Below are positions 9,897 through 18,303 of a DNA stretch of 64,000 bases, piece after piece. Position 1 is the stretch's first letter, and the number at the start of each line of letters is the position of its first letter. The notes beneath the pieces are model-generated. The model saw nothing but the letters and a program-made list of their open reading frames with translations, was not told the DNA's origin and searched no databases. Origin of the DNA: Brevibacterium sp. (GTDB lineage: Bacteria; Actinomycetota; Actinomycetes; Actinomycetales; Brevibacteriaceae). The stretch is taken from assembly GCA_030457025.1 (NCBI GenBank), contig JAKDSA010000001.1:37886-101885 (forward strand). Direction: 5' to 3'. The position numbers were made by a program, and so were the translations under genes.

Positions 9897-10642
9897 GTCT
9901 TCCCGTCTTCTTCTCGACCCTGGCCGCCGAGGCGGTCGTCGGTCATGTGCTCATTGTCGGTGAGGACGTGGCCGGGCATGCGGTCCGAGTCCGCAGACTC
10001 GGACCGGGGGACGAGCTCGAAGTCGTCGACGGATCCGGCACCCGGGTGCGCGGAACCGTTTCGAGTGCCTCGGCGAACGAGCTGGGCATCCATGTCACCT
10101 CGGTGACGCACACCGAAGCGAACCAACCACGGTTGGTCCTGGTGCAGGCCCTGGCCAAGGGCGACCGTGATCTGCAGGCGATCGAATCCGCCACCGAGAT
10201 CGGAGTCGACGAGGTGGTCCCCTGGGCCGCCGAGCGTTCGATCGCCGATTGGCCCGCGAAGAAGCGCGACAAGCTGGCAGCCAAGTGGGACAACGTCCTG
10301 CGGGCAGCATCGCTGCAGGCTCGACGCTCCCGCTTTCCGCTGCGCCACGACCTGGTCCGCGGCACCGGACTGGCGTCGGCTCTGACTGAGACCGACACGG
10401 TCTTCGTCCTGCACGAAGCCGCCCAGCTGAAACTGTCCCGGGCCCTGGCCGCTGCGGATTCTCGATCCTCAAGTCGAATCGTCCTGGTCGTCGGGCCCGA
10501 AGGCGGAGTCGGCGACGCGGAGCTTGAAGCACTGGCGGCCATCGGCGCCGAAGCCGTGCTCCTGGGGCCCACGGTCCTGCGTTCGTCCTCGGCCGGAGCG
10601 GCCGGACTCGTCATGGCTCAGAATTCATTGGGCCGTTGGTGA
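9893..10642 (+). CDS. rsmE: 16S rRNA m3U1498 methyltransferase
   Basis: HAVRVRRL, ATEIGVD, VVGPEGG, LGPTVLRS; GTGA overlap with dnaJ. Confidence 0.93.
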   Translation: MSLPVFFSTLAAEAVVGHVLIVGEDVAGHAVRVRRLGPGDELEVVDGSGTRVRGTVSSASANELGIHVTSVTHTEANQPRLVLVQALAKGDRDLQAIESATEIGVDEVVPWAAERSIADWPAKKRDKLAAKWDNVLRAASLQARRSRFPLRHDLVRGTGLASALTETDTVFVLHEAAQLKLSRALAAADSRSSSRIVLVVGPEGGVGDAELEALAAIGAEAVLLGPTVLRSSSAGAAGLVMAQNSLGRW

Positions 10643-10712
10643 CGAAGCGGACTACGATGGAAGCACACAATTGCAGTACTCCCATAAGTACTCACAGTCA
10701 CTAAGGATCATT

Positions 10713-11723
10713 CTGGACACCTCCACTCAGCCCACGAACTCTGTGAACCCCACACCTGTCGACCCGACACCATCGGACACAGTGCGTCTCGTGATCCCCG
10801 ACTCCATCGATCTGGTCGAATTCTTCGGGCCGGGGGAGTCGAACCTGCGGAAGCTCGAACAGGTCTTCTCCGACCTCGATCTGCACGTGCGTGCCAACCA
10901 GGTGCAGGCCAGCGGCGACCCGAAGCGCGTCGAAGCATTCGTCTCGGTCATCGGCGAGCTCAAGAAGCTGCATACCTCCGGCCACCGCATCAATGACGAG
11001 ACGATCGACAGGGTGGCGACGTTCTCCTCGGAGGGGACGGCCGCCTCGGCGGTGATGGGCACGAACATCCTGTCCGCTCGCGGAAAGTCTATTCGTCCCA
11101 AGACGATGGGCCAGCACGACTATGTCAAGGCGATCCGCAACCACACGATCACCTTCGGCATCGGACCTGCGGGCACGGGCAAGACGTACCTGGCCATGGC
11201 CATGGCGATCAACGCTCTGCAGCACAAAGAGGTCTCACGCATCATCCTCACCCGTCCGGCCGTCGAAGCCGGCGAGAGCCTGGGGTACCTGCCGGGAACG
11301 CTGAACGAGAAGATCGACCCCTACGTGCGGCCCCTCTACGACGCCCTGCACGACATGGTCGATCCCGAGTCGATCCCCCTGCTCATCGAAACGGGAACCA
11401 TCGAGGTGGCACCGCTGGCCTATATGCGCGGGCGCACCCTCAACGATGCGTTCATCATCCTCGACGAAGCACAGAACACGACCGGTGAGCAGATGAAGAT
11501 GTTCCTCACCCGTCTGGGCTTCGGAGCACGGATGGTCGTCACCGGTGACGTCTCCCAGATCGACCTGCCCGGCAAGACCCGCAGCGGTCTCAACGTCGTC
11601 CAGGACATCCTGACCGGAATCGAAGACCTTGAATTCTGCCATCTGGGCAGCAAAGACGTCGTCCGCCACTCGCTGGTGACGAAGATCGTCGACGCCTACG
11701 ACCTGTGGGGAAGCTCCGAGTGA
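10713..11723 (+). CDS. phoH: PhoH family ATPase
   Basis: GPAGTGKTYLA, RIILTRPAVEAGESLGYLPG, YMRGRTL, DEAQN; start uncertain (CTG 10713 with AAGGA RBS, or GTG 10743). Confidence 0.92.
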   Translation: MDTSTQPTNSVNPTPVDPTPSDTVRLVIPDSIDLVEFFGPGESNLRKLEQVFSDLDLHVRANQVQASGDPKRVEAFVSVIGELKKLHTSGHRINDETIDRVATFSSEGTAASAVMGTNILSARGKSIRPKTMGQHDYVKAIRNHTITFGIGPAGTGKTYLAMAMAINALQHKEVSRIILTRPAVEAGESLGYLPGTLNEKIDPYVRPLYDALHDMVDPESIPLLIETGTIEVAPLAYMRGRTLNDAFIILDEAQNTTGEQMKMFLTRLGFGARMVVTGDVSQIDLPGKTRSGLNVVQDILTGIEDLEFCHLGSKDVVRHSLVTKIVDAYDLWGSSE

Positions 11724-12208
11724 ATACCGAGATCTCAAACGAGACAGACGAAGCGATCGACCTCGACGAGGTCGTAGCTCTGACGGAGTACCTGGGTCAG
11801 GCGCTGCATATGCACCCCGGCGCGGAACTTGCAGTCACAATGGTCGACGCGAAGGCGATGGAGGAGCTCCACATCACCTGGATGGACCTCGACGGCCCCA
11901 CCGATGTGATGTCGTTCCCCATGGACCAGCTGACACAGGGTCGTGCAGATGCTCCTTCAGAGGGCGAGATGGGCGACATCATCATCTGCCCCGAGGTGGC
12001 CGCGGCACAGGCCTCGTCATCACGACACTCGACGATGGACGAGGTGCTCCTGCTGACCGTCCACGGGTTCCTGCACCTGCTCGGCTACGACCACCAGCAG
12101 TCGGAGGAGAAGGAGGAGATGTTCGCCTTGCAGCGCCATCTGCTGCTGACCTTCTTCGCGGCCCGCTACGACGGCCGCACCGACATCCCCTCACCCACCG
12201 AGGTCTGA
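11720..12208 (+). CDS. ybeY: rRNA maturation RNase YbeY
   Basis: PTDVMSFP, HGFLHLLGYDH; GTGA overlap with phoH stop. Confidence 0.95.
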   Translation: MNTEISNETDEAIDLDEVVALTEYLGQALHMHPGAELAVTMVDAKAMEELHITWMDLDGPTDVMSFPMDQLTQGRADAPSEGEMGDIIICPEVAAAQASSSRHSTMDEVLLLTVHGFLHLLGYDHQQSEEKEEMFALQRHLLLTFFAARYDGRTDIPSPTEV

Positions 12209-12211
12209 GCC

Positions 12212-13465
12212 GTGCTCTGGCTGTTCCTCGGCGCGGCACTGTGTCTCGTGGTCTCGGCGACGCTGTCCGCGGTCGACGCCGCTCTGCTCAGCGTGTCCCA
12301 TCAGGCTATCGAGGATGCGAAGGACGAGGGGAAGAAGGCCGCGTTTCGGGCAGAGAAGATCCTCATCGATCTGCCCACCAACATCAACGTCATCATCTTC
12401 GTCCGAAACTTCCTCGAGGCCTTGGCCACGGTCTTCATCGCCCTGGCCTATGACTCGATCTATTCGGTCGGACCCCTCATGGTCGTGCTCACGGTCCTGA
12501 CCGCCTCGATCGCGGTCTTCGTCGTCGCCGGTGTGTCCCCGCGGACCATCGGCCGCAGGCGTTCTCTTGCTGTGTGCCTCAACCTCAGCTGGGTCGTCGG
12601 TGCGGCGCTGGTCGTGCTCAAACCGCTGACGAAGGTCCTCGTCCTCCTCGGCAACCTGCTGACCCCTGACCGGGTGTACAAGGACGGTCCCTTCGTCACC
12701 TCCGACCAGCTGCGTGACCTCGTTGAGAGAGCCAGCGAATCCGATGTCATCGAAGACGGCGAACGCGAGATGATCCAATCCGTGTTCAACCTCTCGGACA
12801 CTTCGGCGAATGAGGTCATGGTCCCGCGCACCGACCTCGTGACCGTCAACTCCGGGACACCGCTGGCCAAGGTCATGAACCTCTTCCTCCGCTCCGGGTT
12901 CTCACGCATCCCTGTCAGCGGCGAGGATCTCGATGACATTCGCGGGGTCGCCTACCTCAAGGACGTCGCCAGACGTCTCCACCTCCACCCGGAGGACGCA
13001 CAGCGACCTGTCGACATCCTCGCCAGGGGAGTTCTCTTCGTCCCCGAAACCAAACCGGCTGACGATCTGATGGAGCAGATGCAGCTCGATTCCACGCATC
13101 TGGCGATCCTCATCGACGAATACGGCGGCACCGCGGGGCTCGTGACGATCGAGGACATCGTCGAAGAGATCGTCGGAGAGATCGAAGACGAATACGACTC
13201 CAGCGATGATGAACTCGTCGAAGTCGACGACGGCTCATTCGTCATCAGCACCCGGATGTCGATCGCCGACTTCGCCGACTACTTCGATGTCAAGATCGAC
13301 GAGGACGACGTCAACAGCGTCGGCGGTCTGCTCACGAAGCTCATCGGCCGCGTCCCCATCGACGGATCGAGCACACAGATCGAAGGGCTCAGCATCGAAG
13401 CGATGGAGGGCCAGGGCCGTCGCCACCGCATCACCCACGTCAGGGTCACGAAGGAAGAGAACTGA
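12212..13465 (+). CDS. HlyC/CorC family (CNNM + CBS + CorC) membrane protein
   Basis: N-terminal TM segments, EVMVPRTD, GFSRIPV, IDEYGGTAGLVTIEDIVEEIVGEI. Confidence 0.92.
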   Translation: MLWLFLGAALCLVVSATLSAVDAALLSVSHQAIEDAKDEGKKAAFRAEKILIDLPTNINVIIFVRNFLEALATVFIALAYDSIYSVGPLMVVLTVLTASIAVFVVAGVSPRTIGRRRSLAVCLNLSWVVGAALVVLKPLTKVLVLLGNLLTPDRVYKDGPFVTSDQLRDLVERASESDVIEDGEREMIQSVFNLSDTSANEVMVPRTDLVTVNSGTPLAKVMNLFLRSGFSRIPVSGEDLDDIRGVAYLKDVARRLHLHPEDAQRPVDILARGVLFVPETKPADDLMEQMQLDSTHLAILIDEYGGTAGLVTIEDIVEEIVGEIEDEYDSSDDELVEVDDGSFVISTRMSIADFADYFDVKIDEDDVNSVGGLLTKLIGRVPIDGSSTQIEGLSIEAMEGQGRRHRITHVRVTKEEN

Positions 13466-13466
13466 A

Positions 13467-14402
13467 ATGGAATTTCGCACGGACTATCCCGAGAACTACC
13501 GCGCGGGCTTCGCCTGCTTCGTGGGCCGACCGAACACAGGGAAGTCGACGCTGACGAACGCTTTGGTGGGGGAGAAGGTGGCGATTACCTCGGCGAAGCC
13601 TCAGACCACCCGGCACACGATCCGCGGCATCATTCACCAGGAGGATCACCAGCTGATCCTCGTCGACACCCCGGGCCTCCACAAGCCGCGCACCCTGCTG
13701 GGCAGCCGCCTCAACGACCTCGTGGCATCGACCCTGAGTGAGGTCGACGTGATCGGCTTCTGCCTGCCCGCTGACGAACCGATCGGGCCCGGCGACAAGT
13801 ACATTGCCTCCCAGCTCGAGCTTCTCGACGGGCGCACCCCGATCGTGGCTCTGGTGACGAAGACCGACAAAGTTCCCCAGGAGAAGGTCGCCGAGGCTCT
13901 GCTGGCCGTGGGTGCCCTCGCCGACTTCGCTGACGTGGTCCCGGTCTCCGCCGTCGACGGGTTCCAGGTCGACACGGTCGATTCCGTGCTGACTGCACAC
14001 CTGCCGGTCTCACCCCCGCTCTACCCCGAGGGTGAGCTGACGGACGAGCCGGAAGAGATGATGATCGCCGAACTCGTCCGCGAGGCCGCCCTGGAAGGCG
14101 TCCGCGACGAGCTTCCGCATTCCCTGGCCGCGCAGGTCGAAGAGATGTATCCCCGTGAGGGCCGCAGCGAGGACAACCCCCTGTGGAACGTTCACGTCAA
14201 CCTGTTCGTCGAACGCTCCAGCCAGAAGGCGATCATCATCGGCAAGGGCGGCAGCCGACTGAAAGCGATCGGAAGCGAAGCGAGACGCGGGATCGAAGCG
14301 CTGCTCGGAACCAAGGTGTACCTCGACCTGCATGTGAAGATCGCCAAGGACTGGCAGCGCGACCCGAAGCAGCTGGGACGCCTGGGCTTCGACTTCAGCT
14401 GA
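13467..14402 (+). CDS. era: GTPase Era
   Basis: GRPNTGKSTL, PQTTR, DTPG, TKTD, KH motif IIIGKGG. Confidence 0.96.
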   Translation: MEFRTDYPENYRAGFACFVGRPNTGKSTLTNALVGEKVAITSAKPQTTRHTIRGIIHQEDHQLILVDTPGLHKPRTLLGSRLNDLVASTLSEVDVIGFCLPADEPIGPGDKYIASQLELLDGRTPIVALVTKTDKVPQEKVAEALLAVGALADFADVVPVSAVDGFQVDTVDSVLTAHLPVSPPLYPEGELTDEPEEMMIAELVREAALEGVRDELPHSLAAQVEEMYPREGRSEDNPLWNVHVNLFVERSSQKAIIIGKGGSRLKAIGSEARRGIEALLGTKVYLDLHVKIAKDWQRDPKQLGRLGFDFS

Positions 14403-14432
14403 GAGGACTCTGCAAAACGCTGAGAGGACTCT
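14398..14432 (+). repeat. 14-bp direct repeat echoing the era stop codon
   Basis: GCTGAGAGGACTCT at 14398-14411 and 14419-14432. Confidence 0.8.
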
Positions 14433-14484
14433 CACGTCTGAGTCGGTTGCTGGGCGAACTGTGGCCTGCAATAGACTAGGCCGA

Positions 14485-15495
14485 GTGAATGCCGAGCAGA
14501 CTTTGGTCGCACTGAGCGACCGTTCCCCCCAGGTTGCACCCGAAGAACTCATTGCGGGCCTTGTCCCGCCACCGCAGTTCCAGGATGTGTCCTTCGCCAG
14601 CTACCGCACCGATGACTCGGAGCCTTCGCAGGCTCAGGCGCGCAACAAGCTTGAGGAGTTCGTGGCGTCGTCGACGTCGAAGGGGTTCCTGGGCAAGCTG
14701 TTCTCGAAGGGCAAGGACGGGCCCAAGGGTGTCTACCTCGACGGCGGCTACGGCGTGGGCAAGACGCACCTCCTGGCGGCGGCATGGCATGCCAATGAGA
14801 AGCCCGCGACGTTCGGCACCTTCGTCGAGTACACGAACCTTGTGGGTGCGCTCGGATTCGTTCGTGCCCGGGATGATCTCTCCCAGATGAAACTCGTCTG
14901 CGTTGACGAGTTCGAACTCGACGATCCCGGTGACACCGTGCTGATGTCACGGCTCATGCGCGAACTCACCGACGCGGGCGTGAAGATCATCGCCACCTCG
15001 AACACCCTGCCGGGCTCATTGGGGGAGGGCCGCTTCGCCGCGCAGGACTTCCTTCGGGAGATCCAGGCGTTGGCCGACCAATTCGACATCTACCGCATCG
15101 AGGGCAAGGACTACCGTCATCGCGGGCTGAGCGAACCGGCCGATCCCGTTCCCGCTGAGCAGCTCGATGCCGCAGCTGCTGAGCTCACCGGCACCGTCGC
15201 CCGCGACGATTTCGCGCTTCTCCTCAAGCATCTCTCCACCGTTCATCCTTCCCGGTACGGGCGTATGGTCGACGGACTGGACGCGGCCGTGTGGGACGAC
15301 GTGACGACGATCGACAACGAGGGAGTGGCCCTGCGCTTCGTTGCCCTCGTCGACAGGCTCTACGACCGCAACGTCAAGATCATCAACTCGGGGCAGGCAC
15401 TGAACGAGGTCTTCACCGAAGAGTCATTGGCCGGCGGCTACCGGAAGAAGTACATGCGCAGCCTCTCCCGTCTGACCTCGCTCTCCTCGCAGTAG
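14485..15495 (+). CDS. zapE: ZapE/AFG1 family ATPase
   Basis: GVYLDGGYGVGKTHL, CVDEFE, ATSN, LVDRLYD; TAGACT 7 nt before GTG 14485 suggests leaderless start. Confidence 0.88.
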   Translation: MNAEQTLVALSDRSPQVAPEELIAGLVPPPQFQDVSFASYRTDDSEPSQAQARNKLEEFVASSTSKGFLGKLFSKGKDGPKGVYLDGGYGVGKTHLLAAAWHANEKPATFGTFVEYTNLVGALGFVRARDDLSQMKLVCVDEFELDDPGDTVLMSRLMRELTDAGVKIIATSNTLPGSLGEGRFAAQDFLREIQALADQFDIYRIEGKDYRHRGLSEPADPVPAEQLDAAAAELTGTVARDDFALLLKHLSTVHPSRYGRMVDGLDAAVWDDVTTIDNEGVALRFVALVDRLYDRNVKIINSGQALNEVFTEESLAGGYRKKYMRSLSRLTSLSSQ

Positions 15496-15576
15496 AGGCA
15501 CTCACTCCTCAGCAGACGCCGATGCGTCCGTGAGCAGGCCTGCCCACGGTGAGGAACCGTGGCAGCAGCCTCGGCG

Positions 15577-16053
15577 CTATTGCAGTTCGAGGAGCTTGAG
15601 GACCTCGAGCTCTGGCACCCAGTCGGGGAGCCCTATGATCTTGAAGGCTGCCCAGACGAGGACGGCCACGCATGCCGCGGTCACAGCAGCCATCGTCCAT
15701 CGCATCCACAGTGGCTGGGCGATGACCCAATGCGTCCACTTCTCGACGTTGACTCGGACGAAGTGCAGAATCCTCTGCGCCCAGCGGAACTCGCTGGAGA
15801 TGACGAAGAGCCCGATGATGACTGTGAGCCACCCGGGGCCCGGCAGCGGCACGGCCAGCAGACCGATGATCACGATGAGGGTACCCACCCCACCGACGAC
15901 GAACCGATAGAGACGTGCCGTGTGCGGGTTGGACGTGACGGTCCCGCGCCAGCGCAGGAAGCTCAGTCGCGTTTTGCGCCAGGGCCGCACTCCCTGTTTG
16001 TGATGGCGCGACAGCCACCCTCTGGGGCGCTTGTCGTGGGGGTCATTGTTCAC
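15577..16053 (-). CDS. TIGR02611/PGPGW-family membrane protein
   Basis: VPLPGPGWL...SEFRWAQR motif flanked by hydrophobic helices. Confidence 0.85.
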   Translation of the reverse strand: MNNDPHDKRPRGWLSRHHKQGVRPWRKTRLSFLRWRGTVTSNPHTARLYRFVVGGVGTLIVIIGLLAVPLPGPGWLTVIIGLFVISSEFRWAQRILHFVRVNVEKWTHWVIAQPLWMRWTMAAVTAACVAVLVWAAFKIIGLPDWVPELEVLKLLELQ

Positions 16054-16123
16054 CCCTCCAATATAAGTCGATGAGTCTGAAAGCTCGATTTGCGTGTGTG
16101 AGCACGATCACTGCGATCCGATT

Positions 16124-16152
16124 TTGCATGGACCGCCACCTGCGTATAGAGT
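16124..16152 (+). promoter_or_regulatory. Housekeeping-sigma promoter of tRNA operon
   Basis: TTGCAT-17 nt-TAGAGT upstream of tRNA-Gly. Confidence 0.65.
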
Positions 16153-16189
16153 TGTATCTCGTTGCCAGGGAAACCGGGTAGCGAGAAAT

Positions 16190-16262
16190 GCGGATGTGGC
16201 TCAGCTGGTAGAGCATCACCTTGCCAAGGTGAGGGTCGCGGGTTCGAATCCCGTCATCCGCT
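16190..16262 (+). tRNA. tRNA-Gly (GCC)
   Basis: Acceptor GCGGATG/CATCCGC, anticodon arm CACC-TTGCCAA-GGTG, GGTTCGAATCC; CCA not encoded. Confidence 0.97.
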
Positions 16263-16288
16263 CGGAGGCGTCATGGCACTGCCTTGGC

Positions 16289-16359
16289 GGTGGCGTGGCC
16301 GAGAGGCGAGGCAGCGGCCTGCAAAGCCGTATACACGGGTTCGAATCCCGTCGCCACCT
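16289..16359 (+). tRNA. tRNA-Cys (GCA)
   Basis: Acceptor GGTGGCG/CGCCACC, anticodon arm CGGC-CTGCAAA-GCCG, T-loop TTCGAAT. Confidence 0.96.
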
Positions 16360-16393
16360 CGGATTCGTCCAACGGTTCGCTGTTGGTGAGTCG

Positions 16394-16465
16394 GCGCGAT
16401 TGGCGCAGCGGTAGCGCGCTTCCTTCACACGGAAGAGGTCACTGGTTCGATCCCAGTATCGCGCA
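16394..16465 (+). tRNA. tRNA-Val (CAC)
   Basis: Acceptor GCGCGAT/ATCGCGC, anticodon arm CTTCC-TTCACAC-GGAAG. Confidence 0.95.
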
Positions 16466-16501
16466 CAGGGACCTTGTGTCCCGGTGCAACAAATGAATAA
16501 G

Positions 16502-16573
16502 GCGCGATTGGCGCAGCGGTAGCGCGCTTCCCTGACACGGAAGAGGTCACTGGTTCGATCCCAGTATCGCGCA
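16502..16573 (+). tRNA. tRNA-Val (GAC)
   Basis: Acceptor GCGCGAT/ATCGCGC, anticodon arm CTTCC-CTGACAC-GGAAG. Confidence 0.96.
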
Positions 16574-16578
16574 CAGAA

Positions 16579-16607
16579 GAAGCCCCGAGCGACTCGCTCG
16601 GGGCTTC
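16579..16607 (+). terminator. tRNA operon terminator hairpin
   Basis: 13-bp stem GAAGCCCCGAGCG-ACT-CGCTCGGGGCTTC right after last tRNA. Confidence 0.75.
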
Positions 16608-16843
16608 GTGCATTCGTTCCCGACATCAGCTCAGTCGCGGAAGTCTCTGCGCCGGGTTGACGAGGGTGTCCTGCGGTTGTGTACCGAGCACACTTTCTGG
16701 CCACCGACCCGAACGCGGGGTGCGCTTGCCGGGCTGGATGTGTCGGCCGTGTGTCAGGACTGCCACGCGGTTGACATGGGGAATGCGGCAGATTAGCTAG
16801 TACGCTAGTGACCGTAACCATCGACAAAGACTTCGGAGCACTC

Positions 16844-18118
16844 ATGTCTACTCCTCAGAACCCGTACGAACCGAATAACGGTTCTGGAAATCAGAACCCC
16901 AACGGTCAGGGTCCCGACAACCAGCCGCCTCACGCGCCAGACTATTCGGGGGATCAGAACAACGCACCCCAGTATGGCTCGCAGAACGGCGGCCAGCTGC
17001 CCCAGTACGGTGCGCAGAACGATCCGAACCAGCAGCCCTACGGTTCGCAGCCGCAGTATGGTCAGCCGAACGTCGGGGGTGCTCCAGGCTACGACCAGAG
17101 CCAGGGAGGTTACGGTCAGGGCTATGACCCCAACGCACAGGGATACGACCAGAATCCATACGGTCAGGACCCGGGTGGCTACGGCCAGAGCTATGATCCC
17201 AACGCACAGGGCTATGACGCGAACCAGTACGACCAGCAGCCAGCCTATGCCGGTGCCGAGGGTTCCTCGGACCAGTTCATCCCAGCCAACCCCAATGCGA
17301 GCTACGGGTCCTATGGCGGCGGCTCAGGCAACAGCACATCCAAGAACATCTGGGGAATCCTCGCGCTGATCGGCGGCATCGTCGGCATCGTCCTGTCCAT
17401 CGTCTTCGGGATCGGGTTCCTGTTCGGCGCTGCCGGTGTGATCTTCGCGTTCGTTGGTCTCTCCGCGATCAAGAAGGGGCTTGCCAACAACAAGGGTCTG
17501 ACGATCACCGGCATGATCCTCAGCTTCGTCGCCATCCTGTTCTCGATCATCTCAGTCATCGTCACCTTGATCTTCGGTGGCCTGTTCATCACGGCGATTG
17601 GCGAGGCTGCCGACGAACAGTCCTCGTCCGCGGCGCCCGTCGCCGATCCTTCCGGCCCGGCCCAGGACCCCAGCCAGGGCGCGGGTTCCTCTGACGGAGG
17701 TGAAGAAGCAGCTCCTCCCGTCGAAGCCGGAGGGGTTGAGATCGGCACCGATCTGACCGCGGCCGTCGCCGTGAAATCGGCCACCGCGACCGACACTGCT
17801 TCTGGTGCGGAGGACAGCAACGGCGAGATCGCTGTTGTGACGGTGACGTTGAAGAACGAATCGGGCTCGGACGTCGACACGAGTGGCATTCAGATGTCTG
17901 CCGACGATGGTGCCGGAAAGGAATATGACGACGTATTCCAGGGCAGTGATTACAAGGCCAGCCTCGTGTTCGATACCACGGTTCCGGCCGGCGGCGAGAA
18001 GACCGTTCAGCTGGCCTACGGTGTTCCTGCGTCTGAACTCGACCAGGTCCACCTCAAGCTCGAACTGAGCGAAGACCTGGGCAAGGGCAAAAAGTTCGAA
18101 TTCAGCAAGCAAGCGTGA
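16844..18118 (+). CDS. Membrane protein: Q/Y/G/P-rich tail, DUF4190-like TM region, extracellular Ig-like (DUF4352-like) domain
   Basis: Low-complexity N-terminus, TM block GILALIGGIVG...KGLTITGMIL, C-terminal VVTVTLKNES...VPAGGEKTVQLAYGVP; RBS GGAG before ATG 16844. Confidence 0.7.
   Translation: MSTPQNPYEPNNGSGNQNPNGQGPDNQPPHAPDYSGDQNNAPQYGSQNGGQLPQYGAQNDPNQQPYGSQPQYGQPNVGGAPGYDQSQGGYGQGYDPNAQGYDQNPYGQDPGGYGQSYDPNAQGYDANQYDQQPAYAGAEGSSDQFIPANPNASYGSYGGGSGNSTSKNIWGILALIGGIVGIVLSIVFGIGFLFGAAGVIFAFVGLSAIKKGLANNKGLTITGMILSFVAILFSIISVIVTLIFGGLFITAIGEAADEQSSSAAPVADPSGPAQDPSQGAGSSDGGEEAAPPVEAGGVEIGTDLTAAVAVKSATATDTASGAEDSNGEIAVVTVTLKNESGSDVDTSGIQMSADDGAGKEYDDVFQGSDYKASLVFDTTVPAGGEKTVQLAYGVPASELDQVHLKLELSEDLGKGKKFEFSKQA
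17105..17218 (+). repeat. Coding repeat GGYGQxYDPNAQGYD, two copies 69 bp apart
   Basis: Copies at 17105-17149 and 17174-17218. Confidence 0.75.
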
Positions 18119-18122
18119 TGCG

Positions 18123-18149
18123 GGTCGGGACGGTGCTCCGATCCCGACC
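18123..18149 (+). terminator. Hairpin after the DUF4190/DUF4352-like gene
   Basis: GGTCGGGACGG-TGCT-CCGATCCCGACC (one bulge). Confidence 0.55.
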
Positions 18150-18196
18150 GGCATAGGCGCCAAGCGCGCAGACATCGAAAATTGCATATGATTCAC

Positions 18197-18232
18197 CAGT
18201 TGGGTGGCGGTCTCATGACTGCCACCCAACTG
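18197..18232. repeat. 16-bp inverted repeat upstream of thrS promoter
   Basis: CAGTTGGGTGGCGGTC-TCAT-GACTGCCACCCAACTG (one G-T pair). Confidence 0.7.
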
Positions 18233-18303
18233 ATTTCGCACCGCCGAATTGGTATTAGACTCGAGGTGCGAGGCACCCCTACACAGACGAACGGAGAAGA
18301 TCA

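Noticed and set aside
16394-16573. Tandem 72-bp repeat as a CRISPR array or att site
   Set aside because: Both copies are complete tRNAs; no cas or integrase gene and no further copy of the tRNA 3' end in the window
16094-16845. ORFs overlapping the tRNA cluster, including one with a repeated peptide
   Set aside because: The repeat is the two tRNA-Val genes read in translation; not protein coding
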